From positions 1-52,519 of the forward strand of contig CAYJKE010000002.1 of NCBI GenBank assembly GCA_964370665.1: a stretch of DNA of 52,519 nt. Direction: 5' to 3'. A program made the translations under genes and the position numbers. This document shows, piece by piece, positions 44,078 to 52,519 of this stretch. Origin of the DNA: an uncultured Fusobacterium sp. Lineage in GTDB: Bacteria > Fusobacteriota > Fusobacteriia > Fusobacteriales > Fusobacteriaceae. The notes beneath the pieces are model-generated. The model was not told where the DNA came from and made no database searches. It saw only the letters and a list, made by a program, of their open reading frames with translations. Within the stretch, counting starts at the first letter, position 1; every line of letters starts with the position of its first letter.

Positions 44078-45433
44078 ATGACTAAACAAGAGTTAGAATT
44101 TAGAGAAGGAAATATACTGAAACTTCTTATTAGATTTTCAATTCCTTCAACTATAGCAGCATTAATTGCTATAATTTACAATATAACCGATAGATATTTT
44201 ATAGGACAAGTGGTGGGAAGACATGGAATTAGTGCCATGGTTATACTTTTCCCTCTTTTACTTTTATTTAATTCCTGTGGTATGCTTTTTGGTACTGGTG
44301 GTGGAGCTCTTGCTAGTATTTATCTTGGAAAAAAAGATACAGCTTCTGCAAGAAAAGTTTTAGGTACTTCTATTTTTACTGTTATCGTAATAGGAGCCTT
44401 CTTTACTCTTATTACTATTAGTTTCTCAGAGAAAATTGGAATCCTTTTAGGAGCTAGTGAAAATAATTTAAGTTACTTTTTAGAGTATACTAAGTACTTC
44501 TTTCCTTCTATTATATTTCAAGTTCTTGTTTTATCCATTGTACCTTTTATAAGAAGTGACGGAAAACCCTTTATATCTCTTGTAATAAGTTTATCCTCTG
44601 CACTTACTAATATCCTTCTTGACTATATACTTGTTATTAAATTAGGACAAGGAATGAAAGGAGCTGCTATTGCTACTTCTATTTCAAATATTATCCCTTG
44701 TGTCCTTATGGGAATCTATTTTCTTTATAAAACAGATCTTTTAAAATTAGAAACAAAATATTTAAACTTTGATCTTAAGTTAATAAAAGAAATTGCAAAT
44801 ATTGGCAGTTCAGGGTTTTTTAATCAAATTTTAAATAGTGCCTTTGGTTTCATTCTTAATGTTCAACTAATTAATTATGGTGGAGATATTCCTCTTGCTG
44901 GTATGGGGATAATGACTGTAGTTAGAAGCTTTATCAACACAAGCTTTATCGGGCTTAATCAAGGAAGACTTCCAATTATTTCATATAATTGGGGAGCTAA
45001 AAGATATTCTAGAGTAATACACACATTTTTATATTCTGTTGGAGTAACCTTAACTCTTTCTCTTATTTTAGTCTTTTTCATTAGAAATTTTTCTTATGAA
45101 ATTGGAAGTTTCTTTGTTAAAAACGATGCTCCTCTTGTTGAATATATTGGAAATTCAATTCCTATTCATTTAGGATTCATGGTTTCAACTGCATTATATT
45201 TATCTTGTGCTAATTATTTTCAAGCTGTTGGAAAAGGAAGTATAAGTGCTAAACTTACTATTCTTAGACTAGGAATTCTTACTATTCCACTTACTATTTT
45301 ACTACCTATGAAATTTGGAGTTTTTGGAATTTTAATAGCCTTTCCTATTTCTGATTGTATTGCTGCCTTAGTGGCAATTGTTAGTGTTTCTAAAGAAATT
45401 CTAAGAATAAAAAAATTACCTAGTGAATTTTAA
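44078..45433 (+). CDS. MATE family efflux transporter (MepA-like)
   Basis: YNITDRYFIG, IRSDG.P, NILLDY, GMKGAAIAT, SYNWGAK; about 12 TM helices. Confidence 0.93.
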   Translation: MTKQELEFREGNILKLLIRFSIPSTIAALIAIIYNITDRYFIGQVVGRHGISAMVILFPLLLLFNSCGMLFGTGGGALASIYLGKKDTASARKVLGTSIFTVIVIGAFFTLITISFSEKIGILLGASENNLSYFLEYTKYFFPSIIFQVLVLSIVPFIRSDGKPFISLVISLSSALTNILLDYILVIKLGQGMKGAAIATSISNIIPCVLMGIYFLYKTDLLKLETKYLNFDLKLIKEIANIGSSGFFNQILNSAFGFILNVQLINYGGDIPLAGMGIMTVVRSFINTSFIGLNQGRLPIISYNWGAKRYSRVIHTFLYSVGVTLTLSLILVFFIRNFSYEIGSFFVKNDAPLVEYIGNSIPIHLGFMVSTALYLSCANYFQAVGKGSISAKLTILRLGILTIPLTILLPMKFGVFGILIAFPISDCIAALVAIVSVSKEILRIKKLPSEF

Positions 45434-45460
45434 TTTTCTTGAAAGTTTTGATCTTTTGGG

Positions 45461-45510
45461 AAAATAAAACTGCTATACTCAATATATTGTTTGAGTATAG
45501 CAGTTATTTT
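45461..45510. terminator. Bidirectional terminator between convergent genes
   Basis: AACTGCTATACTCAA-8 nt-TTGAGTATAGCAGTT flanked by A and T runs. Confidence 0.85.
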
Positions 45511-45522
45511 AATATTTGCTTT

Positions 45523-48500
45523 TTAATTGACTATAACTTTCCCCTCTACTATTTTTACCTTTCCTTCAGCTTCTAACTCTTTTAGTGCTCCTTCCATTCT
45601 TTCTAATGTCTTTCCTGTAAGCCTATTGAACTTAAAAGCTTTAGCTGTTTCTCCACATAATTCTTTTTGTGCTATTCCTATTCTTTTTTCAGCTATGATT
45701 TTCATAACTTCTCCTATTTCATCTAGTGATATATGATTTATTATCCTTTCACTAGACAAACTAATAGGTATATTTTTATAATTAATAGGATAGAAAAAGT
45801 CATCTTTTCTTATATATTTCTCTCTAGTTTCATTTAATACAACCTCTACTTCTTTTTTAAATTTAGGAGTTGCCTTTTGAACATCATAGAGTGGGAGAAG
45901 CTCTTTACAAAGTAAGTCATAATGAATAGGATAGTCTCTATTTATTATTTTCTCTGTGTATCTACAAATATTAAGGAAACTTTTTCTTATTGGAAGAGGA
46001 ATGTCGTTCTTTCTCTTTACGCTTTCTATAATTCCATAAGAGTTATCTTTTTTCTCTTCTATTATCTCTTCTGTTTTTATAAAAATTGTTTCTTCTTTTA
46101 TAACCTCTTCTGGTATTTCTATTATAACCTCTTCTTCCTGTGTGTCATAAAATTTTAAAGATTCTTTTATTGCTCTTATTAATCTTTTTCCTTCCGTTAT
46201 AGGATCTTTTATCCAATCAGTTGACCAAATCTTATATATTTTCCATCCCATTTGTTGAAGAACCTCTTGCCTTAACCGATCTCTTTCTCTTGCTGTTCTT
46301 ACTTGACTATAATTTATTCCATCACATTCTATTCCTAATATATAGTGTCCTTCTTTTGTTGGATGTTTTACTCCTAGGTCTATTTTATATTCTGAGCACC
46401 CTATTTTTCTTTCTACTTCATAACCTTTATTCTTTAAAAATTTACATATTGATGCCTCAAAAGAATCTATAGATATTATTTCTGTATCTTGATTTTTTTC
46501 TTTATTTAATGCAGAGACTCCATTTAAAGCAAAGTCTATATAACTTCTAAGTAATTTAGGTCCTTCTGTGTTTATGCTTTCTAAGTTTATATCTGTTGGA
46601 AGAATAGACCCTACTAATTTTATATTCTGCTTAGCTCTTGTTATTGCAACGTTTAATCTTCTTTCTCCACCAGTTTTACTAAGTGGACCAAAGTTCATTT
46701 TAAGAATCCCTCTCATGTCCTTAGCATAACCTATACTAAAAATTATGGTATCTCTTTCATCCCCTTGAACATTTTCAAGATTTTTTATAAAAAATGCCTC
46801 ATTTAGTTCTTCATTGAAAAATCTCTCAAATTCCTGATTTTTAATACGTATCTTTCTAATTGCCATATCTATAGCTTGTTGTTGAACTGTTCCAAAGGCA
46901 ATTACTCCTAATGAACGATTAGGATGCTTTTTAAAATGCTCAAATACAAGGTTAGCTACTTTCTCAGCCTCTTCTTTATTTCCTTTTTTTCCTCCCTTAT
47001 CATAAATACCATTTTCCACATAAATATATTCAACACCACTATCTTCTCCTTTATCCACATTAGATGGAAAGGTTACTAAATTATCTTTATATATTTTTGA
47101 ATTAGAAAAAGCTATTAAGTGCTCATGTCTACTTCTATAATGCCATTTTAACGTTCTTTCTGGCAGAAGACTAGCCTCTTCTAATACAGACTCAAAAGCT
47201 CCATCATCATTATCTTCTTCTAAGTCTTCGTCATAGTCAGCATCTGAAATAGAGGCTCCAAAAAAATTAGTAGGAGGTAATTGTTTGCTATCTCCTGCTA
47301 TAATAACTTGTTTTCCTCTGGAGATAGCTCCAATTGCATTTTCTGTACATACTTGGGATGCCTCATCAAATATAATGGTATCAAATAAATATGTGTCTGC
47401 TTCTAAAAATAAACTCACTGATAATGGAGACATCATAAGGCAAGGTTTTAGCTCAAGCAATAAGTTTGGAATTGTTCTAAATAATTTTCTAATAGGCATA
47501 ATTTTTCTTTGTTTATTCAGTTCTCTTCTTAAAATATTAACTTCATCTGTTCCACTTGTATAATGATTTAGTGAAGGAAGGCTATTTATTAAATTACTTC
47601 TAATTCTTTCTCTTGCTACTACCATTTGCTCTTTATCTAAGTTTATAAAATTAGATATGGTATCCTCTTGTTTTTTTCTTCTAAACTTTAATACTAGTGG
47701 ATAATCTGGAAGTACTTCATCAAGCCACAATCTAAAGAAACGTTTTTTAAATATTGGAAGTATATTATTTTTTTCAATATTTAAACTTTCAATTTTATCC
47801 ATGTAATCCTTTAAGCCATTTTCACAGCAACTCTTTTTAGCAAATTTATAATCTAGCATTTCTTCCAAAAGAAATAGTCCTTCTTTGCACTTAGTAACTT
47901 CTTCTATAAGATTAGATATTTCTAAATTTTTAAATTTTTCTTCGTGTTCAAACAAATCTAAAAACCATAAAAATTCTTTATCTATATTTTCTTTTATTTC
48001 AATTATCTTTTCAACACTTGATTTATAGAAAACATTTTTCTCATTATTGCATATCTCATTTAAAAACTCTTCATTAAGATTGTAATTTTTTATTTCTTTT
48101 TTAAAGTTTTCACACCATTTTAAAGAAGTTTCTATCTCTTTCCAATTAGTATTAAATCCCTTATATAGTAACCCATAATTTTTCTTTAAGGCATCTTCCT
48201 TTTCATGAATCTCTAAAGTTTTTTTCTTCATTTCTTTTAAAAGGTTTTCAGCTTTTTTTATATTTTTATAATTTTCTATTTCTATATCTAGTTTTTCAAA
48301 GTCTGTATCCTTACCATAAAATAATTTTCCAAAGATATTTTTTATTTGACCATTTTCTTCTTCTAATTCTTTTCTAGTTTCCTCAATAAGCTTTAAATCA
48401 TTTAATACTTCCACAGCTCTTTCATCAGAAATTTTTGAAGTTATTTTTTTAAAGCAACTTCTTAAAAGATTTTGATCTTCTTTATATCCCTTTTTAAAAA

Positions 48501-50529
48501 TTTTAAAAATTCCACTATACTCTACCTTATATCTGTATAATATCCCCTTGTAATCAATTTCAAATATTTCTTTTTCAAATTCATTCTCTAATCTTCTCTT
48601 TTTACTTTCAACTACCTTTAAACGACTTCTTAATTTTTCATAACTTAAAAAGAATTTTTCTTTTTCAGCTAAATTTTCTATATTATAAAATATCTCATTT
48701 TCATTTAAATGAGTTTTTAGTTTTTCTTCTTCTAGTATTATTTTATCTTCTTCTATTAAAGTATCTATAGGATCTAAATCAATTAAAGAAGTAAGTCTTA
48801 AATATTTTTCCTTCAATTCTAATTTTAGTTCTTGAAATTTCTCTTGAACTTTTTCTATAATTTTAATTTCTTCTAAGAGTTCTTCTAAATTCTCTTTTTC
48901 CAGCCAAGATTTTATAACTAGTGGAGACTCTTTTAAACTTTCAAAAATATTTTTTATTTTGTTTAAATTATTGTAAGTTACTTCTTCTTTTAGATGAGTT
49001 TCACTTAAAATATCCTCCATACAACTTTTTAAAATTTCTAATTTTGGTATAAGAAGAGTTAATTTTCCACTTATATCATGTCTAAGTTCATTTGTAAGCT
49101 CTCTTCCCTTTACACCATTCCATGGATTTTCTTTATAATCTCCTGTCATCTTGTCCATTGTCTTAGTAAATTCATACAAAGAATACTCATACTCATTGTA
49201 CCTTTCTTGATTAATCTCTTTTATATTATTTATAGAAAATATTATTTCTTCATATTCCTCTAACTCTGAAAGTATTCCATTTACTTCAAATATAGTTTTA
49301 TTTATAGGCTCTATATTTGTATGAAGTTCTCTTGTATAGTTATTTAGTTTATCTTTATTAAATTCTAGCATATCTAATTTCTTATAAGCTTCTTTAGCTA
49401 TACTAGTTCTATCTCTTGCAAGGGTCAAAACCTCATCTAATTGACTAAGCATTTCTTTTTTATTAGCCTTGTGACTGTGAAGAACTAAGCAAAATTCTTT
49501 TAACCTAGAAGCACTTAACCTCTTATACACAACATCTAGAGCTGCCATTTTTTCAGAAACAAATAAAACCTTTTTACCTGCTGCTAGAGATTCTGCTATT
49601 ATATTAGTAATTGTTTGACTTTTTCCTGTTCCTGGTGGTCCTTGTAAAATAAAACTATAACCCTTTCTTGCTGTTAATATTGCATCTTGTTGACTTGAAT
49701 CTGCATCTACAACTTGAAAAGTATCTACTGATTTTAATTCCTTGTCAAAATCAAAATTTAGTAGCTCCTCAGAGAAACCTCTAGTTTTACTAGTGTCCCC
49801 ACCTATTAATTGAATATTCTCATTTGCAAGAACTCTTTCTTTATTTTTTATTAAATCGTTATACATATTAATTTTCAAAAATGAAAGTAAAGTTAGCCAT
49901 GACTCATTTAACACATCCCATCTATTTAAAATAACCATACTTCTAATAGAGGCTAGATATTCTTCAATTCCTTGTTCTGTCTCAAATTCTGGTAAAGTAA
50001 TTCCAAATTCACTTTGTAATTTATATTTTAAAGTTGGATTTAAAACTATTTCGTCTTCGTGTAGGTTCAAAATATAAGGTGATGTTATAGAATCTCTACT
50101 TATGGAAACTGGAACTAATATAATTGGTGCATTATAATAAACCCTTGTATTATTATTTTCTCTCCACTGAAGTAATCCAAATGTTAAATATAATATATTT
50201 ACCCCTTGTTCTTCCATTGCTGTTCTTGATTTTTCTCTTAAATTTCTAAGACTTTCTTGTAGGTCTCTTACTGTTAAATCAGTTTCTATTTGACTTTTTA
50301 TTATTTCATCAATGGTTTCAAATAAATTATCAAATTTCTCTTCTACATATGGAAATTTTATGGGTTTTTCTTTTTCTACAAAGCTTGTCCATAAATTAAT
50401 CATATCTGGTTTTTTTATTTTTATAGTAGAACGTTTTAATTCTTTCAAATTTAAAAGTCTATTCTTTATCCCCAAATCAAGAAGCTTGTTTTTCCATAAA
50501 TTTATTTTCGACTCTAATCTTTGGCTCAT
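45523..50529 (-). CDS. DUF4011 - SF1 (Upf1-like) helicase - Vsr-like nuclease - DUF3320-like fusion (Hhe-type anti-phage protein)
   Basis: WKNKLLDL..KNRLLN, EEQGVNILYL.FG, DADSSQ, QGPPGTGKSQT, FVSEKMAAL, PCLMMSPLSV, FDEASQ, WHYRS, ENVQGDERD, RRLNVAITRAK, GIECDG..ARERDRLRQ..GW..IWSTDW. Confidence 0.88.
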   Translation of the reverse strand: MSQRLESKINLWKNKLLDLGIKNRLLNLKELKRSTIKIKKPDMINLWTSFVEKEKPIKFPYVEEKFDNLFETIDEIIKSQIETDLTVRDLQESLRNLREKSRTAMEEQGVNILYLTFGLLQWRENNNTRVYYNAPIILVPVSISRDSITSPYILNLHEDEIVLNPTLKYKLQSEFGITLPEFETEQGIEEYLASIRSMVILNRWDVLNESWLTLLSFLKINMYNDLIKNKERVLANENIQLIGGDTSKTRGFSEELLNFDFDKELKSVDTFQVVDADSSQQDAILTARKGYSFILQGPPGTGKSQTITNIIAESLAAGKKVLFVSEKMAALDVVYKRLSASRLKEFCLVLHSHKANKKEMLSQLDEVLTLARDRTSIAKEAYKKLDMLEFNKDKLNNYTRELHTNIEPINKTIFEVNGILSELEEYEEIIFSINNIKEINQERYNEYEYSLYEFTKTMDKMTGDYKENPWNGVKGRELTNELRHDISGKLTLLIPKLEILKSCMEDILSETHLKEEVTYNNLNKIKNIFESLKESPLVIKSWLEKENLEELLEEIKIIEKVQEKFQELKLELKEKYLRLTSLIDLDPIDTLIEEDKIILEEEKLKTHLNENEIFYNIENLAEKEKFFLSYEKLRSRLKVVESKKRRLENEFEKEIFEIDYKGILYRYKVEYSGIFKIFKKGYKEDQNLLRSCFKKITSKISDERAVEVLNDLKLIEETRKELEEENGQIKNIFGKLFYGKDTDFEKLDIEIENYKNIKKAENLLKEMKKKTLEIHEKEDALKKNYGLLYKGFNTNWKEIETSLKWCENFKKEIKNYNLNEEFLNEICNNEKNVFYKSSVEKIIEIKENIDKEFLWFLDLFEHEEKFKNLEISNLIEEVTKCKEGLFLLEEMLDYKFAKKSCCENGLKDYMDKIESLNIEKNNILPIFKKRFFRLWLDEVLPDYPLVLKFRRKKQEDTISNFINLDKEQMVVARERIRSNLINSLPSLNHYTSGTDEVNILRRELNKQRKIMPIRKLFRTIPNLLLELKPCLMMSPLSVSLFLEADTYLFDTIIFDEASQVCTENAIGAISRGKQVIIAGDSKQLPPTNFFGASISDADYDEDLEEDNDDGAFESVLEEASLLPERTLKWHYRSRHEHLIAFSNSKIYKDNLVTFPSNVDKGEDSGVEYIYVENGIYDKGGKKGNKEEAEKVANLVFEHFKKHPNRSLGVIAFGTVQQQAIDMAIRKIRIKNQEFERFFNEELNEAFFIKNLENVQGDERDTIIFSIGYAKDMRGILKMNFGPLSKTGGERRLNVAITRAKQNIKLVGSILPTDINLESINTEGPKLLRSYIDFALNGVSALNKEKNQDTEIISIDSFEASICKFLKNKGYEVERKIGCSEYKIDLGVKHPTKEGHYILGIECDGINYSQVRTARERDRLRQEVLQQMGWKIYKIWSTDWIKDPITEGKRLIRAIKESLKFYDTQEEEVIIEIPEEVIKEETIFIKTEEIIEEKKDNSYGIIESVKRKNDIPLPIRKSFLNICRYTEKIINRDYPIHYDLLCKELLPLYDVQKATPKFKKEVEVVLNETREKYIRKDDFFYPINYKNIPISLSSERIINHISLDEIGEVMKIIAEKRIGIAQKELCGETAKAFKFNRLTGKTLERMEGALKELEAEGKVKIVEGKVIVN

Positions 50530-50564
50530 TCCCTTCCCCTTTTATTTTTTTATCAATTCGCCTC

Positions 50565-50593
50565 ATTATAACAGATAAATTTTGTTTTTTCAA
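50565..50593 (-). promoter_or_regulatory. Sigma70 promoter of the helicase-nuclease gene
   Basis: TTGAAA-17 nt-TATAAT with a TGn extension. Confidence 0.7.
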
Positions 50594-50683
50594 TATTTTT
50601 ATCCTATCATGTTATTGTTATTTTATAAAATTTGATTTCACTTTCTTGTTATCTTATCTATTTTTATCTTTCTCTTAGATTCT

Positions 50684-50723
50684 AAAAACAACACCTCTTG
50701 CTAGTTGCAAAAAGGTGCTGTTT
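50684..50723 (-). terminator. Intrinsic terminator of the ThyX-like gene
   Basis: AAACAGCACCTTTTTGC-AACTA-GCAAGAGGTGTTGTTTTT. Confidence 0.75.
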
Positions 50724-50765
50724 ATTTTGTTTTTATTATATTAATTTTTATATTCCTAAAAAACT

Positions 50766-51401
50766 TTATTTAACTTCTCTTCCTAAACACATTTCTTCAA
50801 AGTGAGGAAGTGTTAAACACCAATTACAGAAATTTCCCCAGTCCTCTTTTAGTTTATGATGTTTTCTTTGGTTATATATAGTTTTAAGCTGTAAGTAATT
50901 AGTTGTAACTCTCATAGTTTGCTCAAGTCCTAAAGGAGCATTAGAGATTATTTTCATAAACACTTGATACTTTGTGTAAGTTTTACCTTCCACCTCTACT
51001 TCTTCTCCATCAAATTCATTGTAAATGTCAACCCATTTTTGAAGATTTTCTATTACTGCGTCATCTACATATTCATTACAAGTTTCTCTTAAATCCATCT
51101 TAGTTATTCTATGCATTTTAGAGCTTGAACTTACTATATCAGCAAAGTGATATCTTTGAAATTGAGGTGTCCAGTAGTTTGGATAAGTTATATCAAATTG
51201 TACAGTAACTCCCTTCAAAAAGCAATCGTGACCACTTGCTGGAATAGCATTTCCTAGTCTACCCATTCTTTTTATATCTTGCTCTGATAATTCACATATA
51301 TCATCATCATAAGAAGGAATTACTCCACTCATCATTGGATAACCACTTGCCTTTACACTTTCTTCTAAACCATACACTCTCACATTATATACTTTTAACA
51401 T
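50766..51401 (-). CDS. Divergent ThyX-like (flavin-dependent thymidylate synthase fold) protein
   Basis: AGGAGG RBS. Motif order matches ThyX: GHDCFLK..VQFDI, QFQRYH-x7-S, NAPLG, TTNYLQLK....QR, H...EDW. The fold is inferred. Confidence 0.6.
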   Translation of the reverse strand: MLKVYNVRVYGLEESVKASGYPMMSGVIPSYDDDICELSEQDIKRMGRLGNAIPASGHDCFLKGVTVQFDITYPNYWTPQFQRYHFADIVSSSSKMHRITKMDLRETCNEYVDDAVIENLQKWVDIYNEFDGEEVEVEGKTYTKYQVFMKIISNAPLGLEQTMRVTTNYLQLKTIYNQRKHHKLKEDWGNFCNWCLTLPHFEEMCLGREVK

Positions 51402-51443
51402 GTGTCTTCCTCCTATTTTTTTATCTTATATATTATATCACAT

Positions 51444-51467
51444 AAAAAGCCACTTTTAAAAAGTGGC
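51444..51467 (-). terminator. Intrinsic terminator of fabK
   Basis: GCCACTTT-TTA-AAAGTGGC-TTTTT, followed directly by an extended -10 TGATATAAT (51432-51440) for the next gene. Confidence 0.75.
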
Positions 51468-51476
51468 CCTATTTAT

Positions 51477-52430
51477 TTATACTATTGACTTAAAATAATC
51501 ATTAAGTCTTGCAGTCTCAACATCTAAAGAAGTCATTAGATCTTTTATGATTTCTAATACTGTTTCTCTTTTTGTAACCATAGAAGCAACTTGTCCAGCC
51601 ATAACGCTTCCTTCTTTTATATCTCCATCAACAGCAGCAAGCTTTAATTTTCCGCTTCCTTTTGCTTCTAATTCAGCCACTGGAGCACCACTTTTTTCCA
51701 TTTCCATAAGCTCTTTTGCTAATTTATTTTCAATAACTCTAACTGGATGACCTGTATATGTTCCTGTTGCTACAGTTGATCTATCTTTAGCTTTTATTAT
51801 AACCTCTTTATAGTTATCATGTACATTACATTCATCTGCAACTAAGAACTTAGTTCCAACTTGAACTCCTTCTGCACCGAGAGCAAATGATGCAAGGAAT
51901 TGCTTTCCTCCACCAATTCCACCAGCTAAGATAACAGGAATTGAAACAGCTTCAGCAACTTGTGGTGTAAGAGCCATAGTAGTAATTGTTCCAATATGTC
52001 CTCCACCCTCTAATCCTTCTGCTATAACAGCATCTGCACCTATTTTTTCCATTCTTTTAGCAAGAGCTACAGATGATACCACTGGTATAACTTTAATATT
52101 AGCTGCTTTTAATTTTTCCATATATATTCCTGGATTTCCCGCTCCAGTAGTAACTACTCTTACTCCCTCTTCTATACATATTTCTACTTGTTCTGCAACA
52201 CTAGGCATCATAAGCATTAAATTAACACCAAATGGCTTATCTGTAATAGATTTAGCTTTTTTTATTTCTGCTCTAAGAATATCAAGGGGCATTCCACCAC
52301 CAGCAATAATACCAAGTCCTCCTGCTTTAGAAACATGTCCTGCTAAGTTACCATCAGCTATCCATGCCATAGCTCCTTGAAGTATTGGATATTCTATTCC
52401 AAGTAACTTACAGATTCTATTATTTTTCAT
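51477..52430 (-). CDS. fabK: Enoyl-ACP reductase II
   Basis: [55 protein letters not shown]. Confidence 0.93.
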   Translation of the reverse strand: MKNNRICKLLGIEYPILQGAMAWIADGNLAGHVSKAGGLGIIAGGGMPLDILRAEIKKAKSITDKPFGVNLMLMMPSVAEQVEICIEEGVRVVTTGAGNPGIYMEKLKAANIKVIPVVSSVALAKRMEKIGADAVIAEGLEGGGHIGTITTMALTPQVAEAVSIPVILAGGIGGGKQFLASFALGAEGVQVGTKFLVADECNVHDNYKEVIIKAKDRSTVATGTYTGHPVRVIENKLAKELMEMEKSGAPVAELEAKGSGKLKLAAVDGDIKEGSVMAGQVASMVTKRETVLEIIKDLMTSLDVETARLNDYFKSIV

Positions 52431-52519
52431 ACATCCTCCCTATATTTTCAATAAATACTTTTAAATTATAATTTGTCATTAATAAGTATAACATTTTTTC
52501 CGAAATTCTTCAATGAAAT

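Noticed and set aside
47051..47059. TTATCCACA DnaA-box match (near matches around 11281 and 36970)
   Set aside because: Isolated and not clustered; no oriC context and no switch in gene orientation.
45434..50765. Possible mobile element boundaries around the helicase-nuclease gene
   Set aside because: No integrase, transposase, terminal inverted repeats or target duplications were seen by eye.

Overview
AT-rich bacterial chromosome segment. Gene content and order (lpxC-fabZ-lpxA-lpxI-lpxB-msbA, fabK, hemZ, Firmicute-style Smc and PcrA in an LPS-producing cell) suggest Fusobacteriaceae; this is an inference. Almost every gene is on the minus strand, the exception being a MATE pump. Most of the window is housekeeping: asnS, nadD, smc, hslU, rdgB, rph, the lipid A/LPS genes, pcrA, ispG, kdsD, hslO, uppP, rfaD, secA, ligA, flavodoxin, tcdA and fabK. 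Features absent from the ORF track are a 4.5S-type SRP RNA (22047-22158), a guanine-type purine riboswitch upstream of an NCS2 permease, and a truncated ABC/AAA_21-type ATPase gene at the left edge; a 45-aa small ORF is also re-started at its RBS. The best leads are: (1) a stand-alone, strongly diverged ThyX-like gene (RYH-x7-S instead of RHR-x7-S); (2) next to it, a 1668-aa DUF4011/SF1-helicase/Vsr-like (Hhe-type) defence gene; (3) the Abi-like ATPase at the edge; (4) an ECF sigma/anti-sigma/Spy-CpxP-like cluster; (5) an orphan PilT with a degenerate His box near comEA. No rRNA, tRNA, CRISPR array or transposase was seen. All family calls come from recognising motifs by eye, not from database searches.
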